Below are positions 37,495 through 50,958 of a DNA stretch of 64,000 bases, in pieces. Under the pieces are notes generated by a model. It ran no database searches, was not told where the DNA came from, and saw only the letters and a program-made list of their open reading frames with translations. The position numbers and the translations under genes are program-made. Location: positions 86,056,001-86,120,000 of the forward strand of contig OX597822.1 of assembly GCA_951406725.2 (NCBI GenBank), written 5' to 3'. The first letter of the stretch is position 1. Each line of letters opens with the position of its first letter. Origin of the DNA: Octopus vulgaris (lineage: Eukaryota).

Positions 37495-39329
37495 CTGGAA
37501 GTAAATAAAGAATATAACAATTTAATCATCATCAGCAGCAGCATCTCTTCATTATAGGAATATTCTTCCATCACATTAAAGAATTTCAGACACACACACA
37601 CACACACACACCTGATCTCAATACTGAAACACAACAACCAGTTTTACTACAGAAATGGATGAACACCAAAACACAAGGTAACATGCCCTTACCAAACTAG
37701 GTTGTAATACACTATTATATTGTGGTAATACATTAATACCAAATAAGGTAGCAAGCTGGCAGAACCATTAGCAAGTCAGGCAAAATGCTTAGCAACATTT
37801 CTGAGTTCAAATGCTGCCAAGATCAACTTTGCCTTTCATTCATTCAGTATCGATTAAATAAGTTCCAGCTGAACACCAGGGCCAATGTTATCAACATACC
37901 CGCTCCCCTGAAATTGCTGGCCTTGTGCTAAAATTTGAAACCAATATATTGATAGCATGGTAGATAGTTACATGTCCTTATCATAGTCACCCATGGTATT
38001 CATACTACTGAAGCATCATCAACCAGAATTGATAACATGCCTCTACCTCAGCTAAGTGCTCTCTTCTGTTTTAACATAAGGCCTGACAATAAACAGCAGA
38101 TCTGTCGAGCATTGTCTTGTGATAACTGTGTCAACATTTTGCATTCTGAAATCAAATCCTAAAAGCATTAACTTGACTTTCACCCTTTCAGGGTTGATAA
38201 GCAGAATATCATTCAAATACTGGTGTTGATTCTTTTCCCTCTCTCACTCAAAATTGGTTACACTTTTTTATGAAAGAGTGCCTTCCTCTTCCTTCAAGCA
38301 AGATTGAGCAAAGAAAAGTAAACCCACCGCCGCCGCCAAGTCACCGCCACCACCACCATCAGCATCATCATCTAACGTCCGTTTTCCATACTGGAATGAG
38401 TTGACTGGTTTAACAGAATCCAGTAAGCTGCAGGGTTGTACCACACTCCATTTGTTTGTTTTGGCACGATTTCTACTCCTTGATACCCTTCCTAATACCC
38501 ACCGCTTTACAGAGTGTACTGGGTACTTTTAATGTGGGCACCAGCACTAGTGGAGTTGCCAAGAGACTTGCAAGACAGGAAAGGGCAGGAAAAGTAGAAG
38601 GGGAAAAAGGGAGCAACCCTCTCAACCAAGTCGTGGGGGGGGTGGTGAGAAGATGGAGAAAAGGGATTATGCCAGGAACAAGCAGAGTCAGAAGTGTCTA
38701 GCTATAAAGATGATATAATGGCTACCCTGCATTTACATAAGGGTGGGTGGGAGTATCTGGGAAGAAGATAAGATGGTAATGATGGAGTGCCAGAGCAAAA
38801 CTGTGAAGAAGCAAGAGATGATATGGGTAGTGGATGAGGAGGGGTAGGGAAACTGTTATAGGGGTGGGAAGGGGGAGTACCAGATGGTTAGGGATGGAGG
38901 TGGAGGGGAATGTAGTGAGCAATGAAGAGGAGTGGGAGTGTGGCTTGATGGGAAATATCAGTATGAGGGTGGGGTACAGGAAGAAAGATAGGAGTGGCTG
39001 ATGGATGATAAATATGGGGAAGTAGGACATGGTGAGTGAGGTGGAGGTGTGGGGAGAGAGATGTAAAGGTTCTTAAGGGTGGTTATAGTAAAGGGTGGCA
39101 GACATGGGAGGATGCTGGGAATGACAACTGATATATTGAGGATGGCAGAGGCATCTGGGAAGGGATGATAATGAGAGCAGAAAGGGCACAAAATTACATT
39201 CCTATTCCGTTCTCAGGTGATTGCAGCAGCCAAACCGTATCATTGAAAGAGAAGCAGTGAATGTTAAAGAGTGAGATGGGGTGATTTCTTGAGAAGAGAG
39301 AGTGGAGGTAGGGCAAGGCACCACCACAG

Positions 39330-39870
39330 GTACAAGCATAGCAAGGGGCTTTTAGGGTACCATTTTTTAGCTGTGGTGTATGGGTCTTCTCAAGCACAGC
39401 AATTATCACCAATTATCTTGGTCCTTTGTCATCTCCCTAAATCTCAGCATTTTAAGACCAGCCTTCAATATTTCATCCCATGTCTTTCTGGGTCTCCCTC
39501 TTCCACAAGTTGCAGCCACTGGTTGGAGTCTTCTCTACTGTACTCTACATCTCATTCCTCTTATGCCTAACTCTTCTCTCAATACATTCGCACTTTGTCA
39601 TATATGCACAATGACATTGCACGGCCAACACATTTCTTTCTAGTTTTCACATGTCCTCAGCATTCAGGGCCCATGTTTCACTACCATGTAGCATTGCTGT
39701 TCATACACAAGCATCATACAATCTTCCTTTCATTCAGTGAGAGAGAGCAGGGAGGGAGAGAGAGTGGGGAAGAAGAGAGAGGCCTTTTGTAGCCAACAGA
39801 GGTAATAGCTCTCCAAACTATCTCCATTTTATTCTTATTTTTGTGACTACACCTTCAGAACACTCTGCTC
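39330..39870 (-). mobile_element. RTE LINE RT 3' fragment
   Basis: The - strand gives ACV*TAMLHGSETWA, GRAMSLC and GRPRKTWDE-like motifs. Confidence 0.65.
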
Positions 39871-39882
39871 TACTGTTATTAT

Positions 39883-39917
<35 letters not shown>

Positions 39918-40103
39918 GGCACGTAAAAGCACCCACTACACTCTCAGAGTGGTTGACATCAGGAAGGGCATCTAGCTGTAGAAACTCTGCCAGATCAAGA
40001 TTGGAGCCTGGTGCAGCGATCTGGTTCGCCAGTCCTCAGTGAAATCATCCAACCCATGCTGGCATGGAAAGTAGACGTTAAATGACAATGATGATGATGA
40101 TGA

Positions 40104-40141
<38 letters not shown>

Positions 40142-40176
40142 CAACCCATGCTAGCATGGAAAACGGACACTAAACG

Positions 40177-40326
40177 ATGATGATGATGATGATGATGATG
40201 ACAGTGATGATGATGATGATGATGATGATGACAGTGATGATGATGATGATGATGATGATGACAGTGATGATGATGATGATGATGATGACAGTGATGATGA
40301 TGATGATGATGCCAGTGATGATGATG
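40177..40326. repeat. (GAT)n array with periodic ACAGT interruptions (~27-30-bp higher-order unit)
   Basis: Seen directly. It is the tail of an RTE-tail repeat. Confidence 0.9.
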
Positions 40327-41250
40327 GGATTTGCAAAGGGACAAGTAGTAGTGCTAATAACCATGGACTCCAAGGTTGACTTGGTTGATGCTCTGCACAT
40401 AAATAATCTGCACTGAAGCAATAGGTTAGGGTTGGTTGTAGAAGAAGAATTTGACAAATGGCTCAGTGGCATCAAATGTAACAATACTTTTTGAAGAGTC
40501 CATTGTTACAAGCATTCATCCCTGGTTTGGAAATAACAAGAAATCTGGATATGCACCTTCAGGCTGCACCATTCCATTGTTTAAAGGAGACATGAAAAAA
40601 AAGGACCCCACTCTCAAAAAGAGTTATACATGCACACACACACACACTTTGGCAAATAACCAATTCTATTTTTTGCTTCTTAAGAGATTGCTTTTATCAA
40701 TTGGTGCATAATGCCTTATCCTGTTCTCCCCAGCTTAAGATTGTGTTAATCCCACTTACAGCTGTGGACTTGCAGATGGTTTCTGTGTGTGTGTGTGTGT
40801 GATATCTGAGATTCTACTGTAAGTGGATTTCATCATATGCAAATTACTTTCTTGAAGTATTTTCCTGTAATCAGTATCACTGATTTCCCTATATTACTCT
40901 CTCTCCCCCGATATATATATATATATACACACACACACATCACATGATCAACCAGACTGACGGATGTTGTTATACATCGCTGATCACAATGTGTTTTGCA
41001 TCATTTTAGCTTTTGTATGATGTCACCCCTGTGGCTAGGCAGGCAGGCCAACATTTCCCTTGACTGGAAGGGTATTCTGTTGCAAGTTTATCCTATTTAC
41101 AGCTGAGTGAACTGGAACAAAGTGAAATGAAATATTTTGCTCGAGAACACAACGGGCCACCTGGTCTGGGAATTGAACCCATGATCTATCAACCATGAGT
41201 GCAACACTCTAACCACAGGGCCACACACATTAGGGCCACCACCAACTTGG

Positions 41251-41307
<57 letters not shown>

Positions 41308-41593
41308 AGGTGCAATGGCCCAGTGGTTAGGGCAGCGGACTCGCGGTTATAGGATTCCCAGACCAGGCGTTGTGAGTGTTTATTGAGCAAAAAAAACACC
41401 TAAAGCTCCACGAGGCTCCGGCAGGGGGTGGTGGCCATCCCTACTGTACTCTTTCGCCACAACTTTCTCTCACTCTTTCTTCTGTTGGCCTGCTCGCTTA
41501 GCCAGCGAGGTGGCGTCATTTGAAGGCTAAAACAATGCAAAGCACATTGTGACCAGCGATGGGTAACAACATCTGATAGCCTGGTCGGTCACG

Positions 41594-41630
<37 letters not shown>

Positions 41631-42149
41631 CTATGTGTGTATCTTTGCCTGTTTGTCCCCACCACATCACCACTTGACAACCAGTGTTGGTGTGTTTACA
41701 TCCCCATAACTTAGTGGTTCTCCAAAGGAGACTGATAGAATAAGCACTAGATTTTAAAAATTAGTCCTGAGCTCAATTTGTTTGACTAAAACCCTTCAGG
41801 GCATGGTGCTCCAGCATGGCCACAGTCAAATGACTGAGACAAGATAAAGAATAAAACAATATATCTATTGTCTAACCCATGCCAGCACAGAAAACAGACG
41901 TTAGATGGTGTCATCTAGATTGGAGACTGAATTGGATGCTGAGTAGCACTCAGTGTGCATGTGTGTGTGTGTGTATGCTTGTCCATTGATGAGTAACGAT
42001 ACTGAGAAGTACTCAATATCAACATAAGGTGCAACAGCTTATTTAGGTTGGCTCTGTGGTCTGTTGTTTGTAAGTTTTCATGCCTTGCAGTCATCTCTTC
42101 TGATAACACAATGGCTGCATGCTGTAACAACTCCAAAGCAACAGTCTAC

Positions 42150-42533
42150 TGGGCTGGCATGGGGCACCAACTTGAAGAATTTTTAGTCAAAAGAATCAAC
42201 ACCAAGACTTAATTCCTTTTTAAGCCAGGTACTTTATTTACGTTTTTGCCAAACTGCTAAGTTACAGGGACATTGATAAGTTACAGGGACATTGAGCATT
42301 GGTAAGGAGACAAACACACACACAAAGACACACACACACACACGCACACACATACACACACATATATATACGACAGGCTTCTTTCAGTTTCCATCTACCA
42401 AATCCACTCACAAGGCTTTGGTTGGCCTGGGGCTATAGTAGAAAACACTTGTCCAAGTGCCAAGCAGTGGGACTGAACACAGAACCATGTGGTTGGGAAG
42501 CAAGCTTATCACCCACACTGCCACGCCTGCACC
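42150..42533 (-). mobile_element. SINE family A copy (diverged)
   Basis: Homologous to 59521-59935. Confidence 0.8.
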
Positions 42534-42699
42534 TACATGGGATGACACAAGAGATAGAAATATCTAGTTTAGTAGGTGGGTGGCACAAGTTCAGCTTTCA
42601 GCCGACTCATCTCTCACTCCACCCAAAAGAGCAGCCAAGCCCAAAACACCACATGAGCTGAATGAGAAATATTGCTCTTAGCTGTCATTGTTGTTATTT

Positions 42700-43022
42700 A
42701 TGACGATGATGATGTTGGGGAGGGTGGTGTGGTAGTGGTGGTGATGATGACGATGATGAGAATGGTGATGGTGAAGGTAGTGGTTGTGATGATGACGGCG
42801 GCGGTGGTGGTGGTGATAAAAACGATGATGATGGTGATGTTGGTGAGGGTGGTGTGGTAGTGGTGGTGATGATGACGATGATGAGGATGGTGATTGTGAA
42901 GGTAGTGGTTGTGATGGTGGTGGTGGTGGTGGTGATAAAAACGATGATGATGGTGATGATGTTGGTGAGGGTGGTGTGGTAGTGATGATGATAAAAATGA
43001 TGATGGTGGTGATGATGATGAC
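42700..43022. repeat. Degenerate (GGT/GAT)n low-complexity array with a ~120-bp internal duplication
   Basis: gttggtgagggtggtgtggtagtg recurs at ~42713, 42838 and 42961. Confidence 0.85.
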
Positions 43023-46000
43023 AACAATGATATTTATTATTTCTCTTTAGTAACAACTATCAATAGTTTTGCTACCTCTGCTGAGGGAGCCACTACATGG
43101 TTACTTACTCGCTAGAAATAGCAGCTAATATATCTCTCTCAAATCACAACTCTCTTAAAAGAGGGTACATTAAATGTGAACCTGGAGAAAGACAGGATAG
43201 TCACAGTTGGAATGCCTTTGATCATAGCTCTGACCTGGGACTAAATAGCAAGCAATGAGAACCAAGTTGTTACAACAACAACAGCAACTACTACTACTAC
43301 TAGTACTACTACTACTACTGGCACTACCATTAACACCCCAATCCTACCCCTCAACATCAGTGCATCAGCTGCTGCTACTCTCATATTAACTACTACCACT
43401 ACTACTGCTTCTGCTGATGCTACAAATGATGATGATGGTGATGATGATGACTAATAAAAAAAAAGTTTCGAATGGCTAAAGGAGATGGAAAAGAATCCTC
43501 CCACCATTTATCATTCAGTACCTACTCCCAGTATTTTTGTGTTTTCTCTTCTGGTTCTTCCTAAATTTGAAATAAGCAGAGTTCCAACTAAGAACCATCC
43601 ACAACTGTCAACTGGATGTCTTTGGCAACGTTAGGAGTGAACTTTTTCTTTTATTCCTCCATTTCTAAAACAGGTAGAATCATGTCTTGCCATTCACAAA
43701 AAGAGAATCACTTCCTAAAATGTTGTAAGTGGAAGGAGAAGAAAGTTGGGGTTTTGATCTGGGGCCTTGCATTCTTCCAACCTTCCAGTTGTCAGTGATA
43801 GTGGGGGGGGGGGTGAAATACAAAGACATACACACATACATATAACCTTGGAAAAGTGTAGCTTCAAGTAGTCTTGGGACCCTTTTGCTCAAGATGGCTC
43901 CCTGTGGCATAGGGCTGTGCACTCTGGAGTACAGTACTGTGAATCTGACATGAGCAGAGCAAATAAAGAGAAGAGAGCTGCATGGAAACCAAGAGTCCAA
44001 CAGTCTTGACTCTGTTATTAGGTACCCCCACCTGTTGTAACCCCATACTCCCTGACAAAATTGGCCTAATAAGGCACCTCAGGACCCACAAAATGTAAAG
44101 CTGATAACTTTGTCATTTTCAGATACATGCAGCATAAACAAAATAATATATATATGACAGGCTTCCACACAGTTTCTGTCTATCTAATTCACTCACAAGG
44201 AATTGGTCAACTCAGGGTTATAGAAGACATTTGCCCAAAGTGCTGCAAATAAGATCCTGAGGAATTCATTCAATCTTTGACATGGTTTTGTGCCAATATA
44301 GGAAGTTTGTTATTGGCAGAATCGGTGGAACACTGGACAAAATCCATGAAGCCTTTCATTCAGTTCCTTATGTTCTGAGTTCAAATGCTGTTGAGGTCAA
44401 CTTTGTCTTTCATCTCTTTTGGTGTCAATAAAACAAAGGACAAGTTCGGGGGAGGGGGGGTCAATGTAATCAACTAACCCCTAATCCCTCCAAAATATTG
44501 CCTTGTCTTGTGCCAGGACTTTAAATAACTTTACCTTTAATCCTTTCAAGGTCAACAATATAATTACCAATCACGCACTGGGGTCAATCTAATCGACTAA
44601 CCCCCTCACCAACTAATTTCAGACCTTTTGCTGCCGATAGTAGAAAGAATTATCATGATTATTATTTTCATCTCAAAGTCTTGCCACTTGCAGCCTATGG
44701 TACCATGCTATCTGTTCTTTTCAACTAATACTTTCCTGATTATTCTGGCCGTGCCAAGGAGATAAACGTTTTGTAACAGTTCTACTGGGCACTCTATTCT
44801 GATTTCCTTCATATTCCTCTTGATACCTTCTGATACTGTCCCCAAGGACCCAACAATAATTGGCACTCTTTTCACTTTCTTCATTTTCCATAGCCAGTCT
44901 ATTTTATACTCGAGACAATTATATATGTCTATTTTTTCATCTTTCTTCTTGACTATTCAAGGGTCAACGGGGCATGCTACATCAATTATAGAACACATGT
45001 AGTTCACTTTGTCCACTAGCACTAGGTCCTGCTTGTTGTGCTTGAGCAGCTGGTTTGTTTGGATTGGGAAATCCCACAAGATTTTGCAGGTCTCCGACTC
45101 CACCACTCTCTGATTTGTGCTCATACCACACCTTGCCTCTCTCTAGACCCCACCTTTCACATAGATTCCAATGTAGCATTTTTGCTACTTCATCATGTCA
45201 ACTATTTTGGGGACAAGTCTAATAATTATTATAATTACATTCAGAGTTCAAATTCCACCAAGGTCGACTTTGCATTTCATCCTTTTGGGGTTGATCATTT
45301 AAGTACCAGTTACATGCTGGGGTCATTGTAATCAACTTAACACCCTCCCCTAAAATTTCAGGCATTGTGCCTATAATAGAAAGGCTTATTATTATAATTA
45401 TTATTAAAGGGTGAACGACTGACATCAGAAAAATGCCTTACGACATTTGCCTTGTTTCTTTCTGTTCTAAGTTCAAACTGTGTCAAGATCAATGTTGACG
45501 TCTTCCTTCCAGAGTTCAATGAATCAAAGTACAAGTGAAGGACTGGGGTCAATGATATCAACCAATCCCTAACCCTTAATCCTCCACCCTGCAAAATTGT
45601 TAACCTTCTGCTGAGGTTAGAAACGATCATTATAATAAAGACAACACACTGGCAAAATGTTTACAGCAGAAATTGCTTTGCAGAATTTCTTCCAGTTCTT
45701 AACATTATGAGTTCAAATCCCATGGAGGTTGACTTTGCCTTTCTCCCCTCCAGAATTTCACAGAATAAAAATATAGCAGAATCAAGTACTTCTGTCAATG
45801 CCATCACATAACATCCTGCCCTAAAAATTGCTGACTTTGTGACCAATAGACAAAGAACCAGTCTTAAAAAAATAAGTCCTGGGATTGATTTGTTTGACTA
45901 AAACCCTTCAAGGTGGTGCCCCAGCATGGCCACAGTCTAATGACTGAAACAATAAAAGATAAAAGCTAAAAGAAATGATGAGCTTCCACACAGTTTCCAT

Positions 46001-46907
46001 CAATCAGATTCCTCCTCATTCATACAACATTAGCCGGCCCAAGAGGGGCAAAGAAACTTACCCAAGGTGTAGTTGTGGAGTGGAATTGAACTTGAAACCA
46101 CATGGTTGCAAAGTGAGCTTCTCAACTTGCACTTTTCTTGGCTTATTTTTCCTCAGACTTCCTCATCACTTCAGAGACAACATCTTAACACAACTCATGA
46201 CATCCATTCCTTTTCACTGCACCAGAATCCTGGCACAGGACCCTCCCACCTTTCTCTCTCCTTATAGCCTCTCTTTTGAAAAGAAGGAAAATCTTTTTTA
46301 TTACTTCAAGATAATCACTCCCCTCCCCTCTCTCTCTCTCTCTCCTTAAATTATCTCCCAACTTATCTTTCAATACATCTATCTTTCCTGTCTTTTTCAA
46401 TCTCCATCGCTTTCCTGTCTCCATCACTTCCTGCCATCAGTCAACTCAACCACCCATATTCAAGTTCTCCCCTATTTACTTATCCTTATGCTCCCCCACC
46501 TCCACCCCATACTTCCACCCAGCAATCTAATGAAGCACTTTCCTCCTTTCTCCCCCGCCCCCATCTTTACACTACCTACTCCTCCTCACTCCTCCCCCCC
46601 AGCTCAAATGAATAAACTGTTCATTTATCCATCTCTCACCCCACTCATCCTCCCTCTTTCTTTAAATCTTCCAATGATATTTATCGCTCCCTTTCCATTA
46701 CTCCACACATCTAACACCATCTCTCTATCCCTTCGCTGCACTTACACCTTACCCTTCCCCCACCCACCCGTTACTCTATATATCACTTCTCCAAATTATA
46801 CATTATCAATCTATCTATTTCACTATCCACAAATATAGACATATGTGCACATGTATGTGTCTGCATGTCTGTATATTTACACACATCTCCATGTGTGTAT
46901 GTATGTA

Positions 46908-47340
46908 TATAAGGTGTCCCCCGCCCCCAAATGTATACACACTTAAACAGTTGATGATAACTCAATGCAGTCCAAGTGCAAAGAAGAGAGTTTAGGAGGG
47001 AGTTTCAAACAGATCTACCATTGCAGCTTACCATCACTTGAATTAGAGATGAGTTTGAAGTAGATGGAGCAGTTCTGAATGTCCACAAGAAATGTTTTGG
47101 AAGACTTGTGGACACCAACAACCTCAGCAAATAGAAAACGGTGTTAGAAACTTGTTGCCTGAGTTCAAGAAAATCTGTTTTGACAAGCAAGTCTTGAGAC
47201 AGGAATTTCAAAATCAAGCATCCATTGCATTTTGAAGCTCTTCTATCATTGGGAAAATTACATTCCAAGGATAATCCATTCTCTCAATGAAGAGGATCTG
47301 GACCAAAGAGAGAATGATTCTTGGAAAGATGTGTATAAAA
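46908..47340 (+). mobile_element. Tc1/mariner-superfamily (DUF4817-HTH type) transposase 5' remnant
   Basis: Starts with the TIR-like tataaggtgtcc..aaatgtatacacactt. Frame-broken translation FRREFQTDLP..LTIT*IRDEFEVDGAVLNVHKKCFGR resembles the PTR.TI.RI.DKFE..G.V..V...RSGRP HTH. Confidence 0.6.
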
Positions 47341-47744
47341 CGCACACTTTCCAATTCATTAAATGATATATATAAATGCATACACACAGACACACACACA
47401 CACACACAGATGCATATATGATGCGTGTGTATATAATATAAATATACACGCACATATACATACATAAAAGCATATATAAATACATACATGCACTTACATA
47501 CATTTAGTTAGTATGGTATGCAAATTAGTAGCGACTGTAATTGCTGAGTATTGATGATGATGATGATGATAAACAGATAGGCTGTGGTTCTATCTCTGGG
47601 ATTGGCCAATGGATGGAGACATCACTAATGAGAATCCAATAACATTCAAAAATCAATTAACGTTGTTCAACATTTTTTTTTCAATCAATAGAGAAACAGC
47701 TTAATCAGCCCTGTTTATAAAGCTACTACATAGATTAGATGTAA

Positions 47745-48735
47745 TGTGTGTTTATCAAAGGCTTAGGTATAACTGTTGAGAGCAACCTTAGATGGAGAGT
47801 GCACATCAACAAAAAAGTCAATGTTACCCACAGAATGTGCTCATGGATCCTCAGAACTTTTCAATCTAGGGATCATGAAACCATCATCCTTCTCTTCTCT
47901 ACATTTGCTAGGCCCCACCTTGAATACTGCTGCCCATTGTGGTCCCCCTACGAAAAATAAAACAAGACATAATGAGGATCAAAGCGCCACAAAGATCAAT
48001 CACTAAAAAAATAAATGCCATAACAGGACTTGATTATTGGGCTCGACTTAACCCTTTCATTACCAACCCTGCTGAAACCAGCTCTGGCTCCGAGTACAAA
48101 TGTCTTGTTTTCATAAGCTTTGAATTAAAGTCTTCCACCAAACCTTAGTCACAATTTATGTTCCTAACACTAGCTGAAAGATAACTAAGTTATTTTACTA
48201 AATTCTTTGTTATATTTAAAGTAATTGAAACAAACACAGAGCATCTCAAAATTAATACAATAACAAAAGGGTTAAACAGCTGAAACTATTCTCTGCAACA
48301 CAGCTATGAGCGATACATTATTTGCACAATGTGGAAAATATTCTACCAATATTATCCAAATGATATCAGTTTTATGTTTACAATTCACCCAAGATTAGGA
48401 CCCCAAGCAATGCATTCCCTACAAAGGTCGAGATCACATCACATAAGAACATTGCAACATAATTTCTCCACTGCAAACGGTCCTGTTCTTTCAATGTTAT
48501 CCTGAAAGAGATTAAAGTAGAAAAAGACTCCACAACTTTCAAAAAGTACCTGGACAAATTCCTCCACAAAATACTAGGTAAGACACCTACACTTGGACAC
48601 ATCTCAGCCAACAACAACTCTCTGCTTGAGTGGTCCATGGTATCCTGAAATAATTAATTAAAAGACTTTTCCAGGTGGTGCTATTAAGTTAGTCATGGCC
48701 CGGGCTGATAACAGCCAAAACTAATTTAAGTTATC
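47745..48735 (+). mobile_element. CR1/L2-like LINE 3' fragment interrupted by a MITE
   Basis: LGITVESNLRWRVHI..WILRTF..RPHLEYCCPLWSP..LDYWARL|KQLKL and FKKYLDKFL. Confidence 0.85.
48052..48271. mobile_element. piggyBac-type MITE (220 bp, TTAA TSD)
   Basis: TTAA-ccctttcattac...taacaaaaggg-TTAA. Removing it restores the LINE reading frame. Confidence 0.9.
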
Positions 48736-48974
48736 TAAGATATATATTTATAAAACTCAGTTAATGTTGCATCTGATGATGTAAGGTAAATGCAATTAGC
48801 ATTGCTGCTTAAACCTCCAACTTGATTTGCAGATTGAAATGCAAGGATGTTGCGGCTGCCTAATGAGGATTAGCTAAAGGCAGAGTTTCAATTGAGCCAG
48901 GATGTGTGCAATAGAATAAACCAATAGATAGGCAAACAACTAGAACAAGGTGAGAGTATGACATGTATGTATTT

Positions 48975-49204
48975 ATTTCTTTATTACTCACAGGGAGCTA
49001 AACATAGAGGGGACAAACAAGAGAAAAAAGGATTCAGTCAATTACATTGACCCCAGTGTGTAACTGGCACTTATTTAATCAACCCCGAAAGAATGAAAGG
49101 CAAAGTCGACCTCAGTGGAATTTGAACTCAGAACATAACGGCAAATGAAATACCGCAAAGCATTTCGCTTGGTGTGCTAACAATTTCTGCCAGCTCACTG
49201 CCTT
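48975..49204 (-). mobile_element. SINE family B, near full-length
   Basis: Reverse complement of the family B consensus with a complete head (ggcagtgagctggcagaa). Confidence 0.85.
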
Positions 49205-50537
49205 CATAACATGAATTGAAGCATGAGGGTAGTATTGCGTGTTACAGGAATATAGATCACAAGAGGTCAATATATATCTTCGTTTTGGTCATGCTGCTTT
49301 TGTAGATTCCTGAAACTCTCTTGTCACCATCCAAGTCCATTATTATGAATTTGAATTAGGGCCTTGAGTCATAATGATTTCATTGGCTGATTACACAACC
49401 ATGGCCACCAACCCTCTGGATGCATTGTAGTTACTCTCTTGATAGAACTTGGTGATCCTGACCATTGATCTTCAAGGAATCCTCCACTTAGCATCAATTT
49501 GAGAAACACCGTTGGCTCAGTTGAGCTCTTCTGCTACTTCTTCACAAACCGCCTCACTGCAGTCCCATGACTAAACTAATAAAGTTTGGCAACAGGAAGA
49601 GCATCCAGCTGTAGAAAATGTGCCTCAATAAATTCTGTGCAACCCATGCAAGCATAGAAAAGTGCACGTGATGGTGATGATAATAATGATGATGATGATG
49701 ATGATGATGATGATGTATGTGTGTATATCCTAAAACATAAAAAGTACAGTGCTGGTGCCATGTAAAAAGCATCTATTATACTCTGTAAAGTGGTTGGCAT
49801 TAGGAAGGGCATCCAGCTGTAGAAACCATACTAGAACAGACAATGGGAGCGTAGTGCAGCCCCTGACCTTGCCAGCTCCAGTCAAACCATCTAACCCATG
49901 CCAGTGCGGAAAATGGACATTAAATGATAATATTGACGATGATGATGACGCTTCGACTGACAGACAAACGAATATATAAATGCACATATACATACAGATG
50001 TTTCCATGCGTGTACATGCGTGTGTGTGTGTGTGCTTGTGTAAGTCTGTTTCCCACTGCATCCATTCTGCCATTCAACACGCTGCTCATGCAACAATGAA
50101 GCTGCACTCATCTTCCATTCAGCTGCAGACAAAGAAACACCAATATCTCATTTGTTGAATTTCAACCAAATACGCAAGTGAGTCATGGCTCATTGCAACT
50201 ATAAAACACACTTGCTGCACACACTCACACACACACACATGTATGCATACATACAATACACACACATAATATATATGCATATACACACACAATCTTACAC
50301 AGACGCACGTAAACATACACTTGCCAACATATACACCATTTTTACATATAATAACATACATTAGTACATACAGACAAACATACATGGCGCAGACACAGCG
50401 TTCGGACCAGACCAACAAAAACAACAACAACATAAGCACTAATATTGCATACACTGCATATACACAAATAAATTTAATTACTTACATATATACATCAATA
50501 TAAACACACATACAAAGTGGAAAGAAGAATAGAGGTC

Positions 50538-50730
50538 TTTATCTTTTACTTGTTTTAGTCATTACACTGTGGCCATACTGGGGCACCACCTTGAAGGATT
50601 TCTAGCCAAATGAATCAACCTGGATGTCCATATTTTTTAAGCCTGATACTTATGCTATCAGTTTCTTTTGCCAAACTGCTAAGTTACAGGACATAAGCAT
50701 ACCAACACCAATAGTCAAGCAGCAGTGTGT

Positions 50731-50780
<50 letters not shown>

Positions 50781-50958
50781 ATACACTTATATGTGACTTG
50801 CCTCTTTAATTTCTGTCCCCTAAGTCCACTCACTCACAAGGTGTTGGTCAGCCAGGACTATAGTAGAAGACACTTGACCAAGGTGTCAAGCTGTGGGACT
50901 GAACCCAGAACCATGTGGTTAGGAAGCAAGCTCCTTACTACACACAGTCATACCTGCA
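50538..50958 (-). mobile_element. SINE family A copy
   Basis: Homologous to 59521-59935, with an internal (CA)n. Confidence 0.85.

Noticed and set aside
40330-40600. Coding-looking stretch (ORF 40451-40711)
   Set aside because: It has no splice-consistent exon, and the - strand resembles a decayed Jockey/CR1 RT tail (WNGAA..PLSH).
47032-47298. Apparent - strand exon (acceptor-like tctctttggtccag, donor-like ATG|GTAAGC) as a candidate upstream MRAS exon
   Set aside because: It has no Ras G1/G2 motifs in any frame, and the + strand matches a Tc1/mariner HTH remnant. An exonised UTR cannot be excluded without RNA data.
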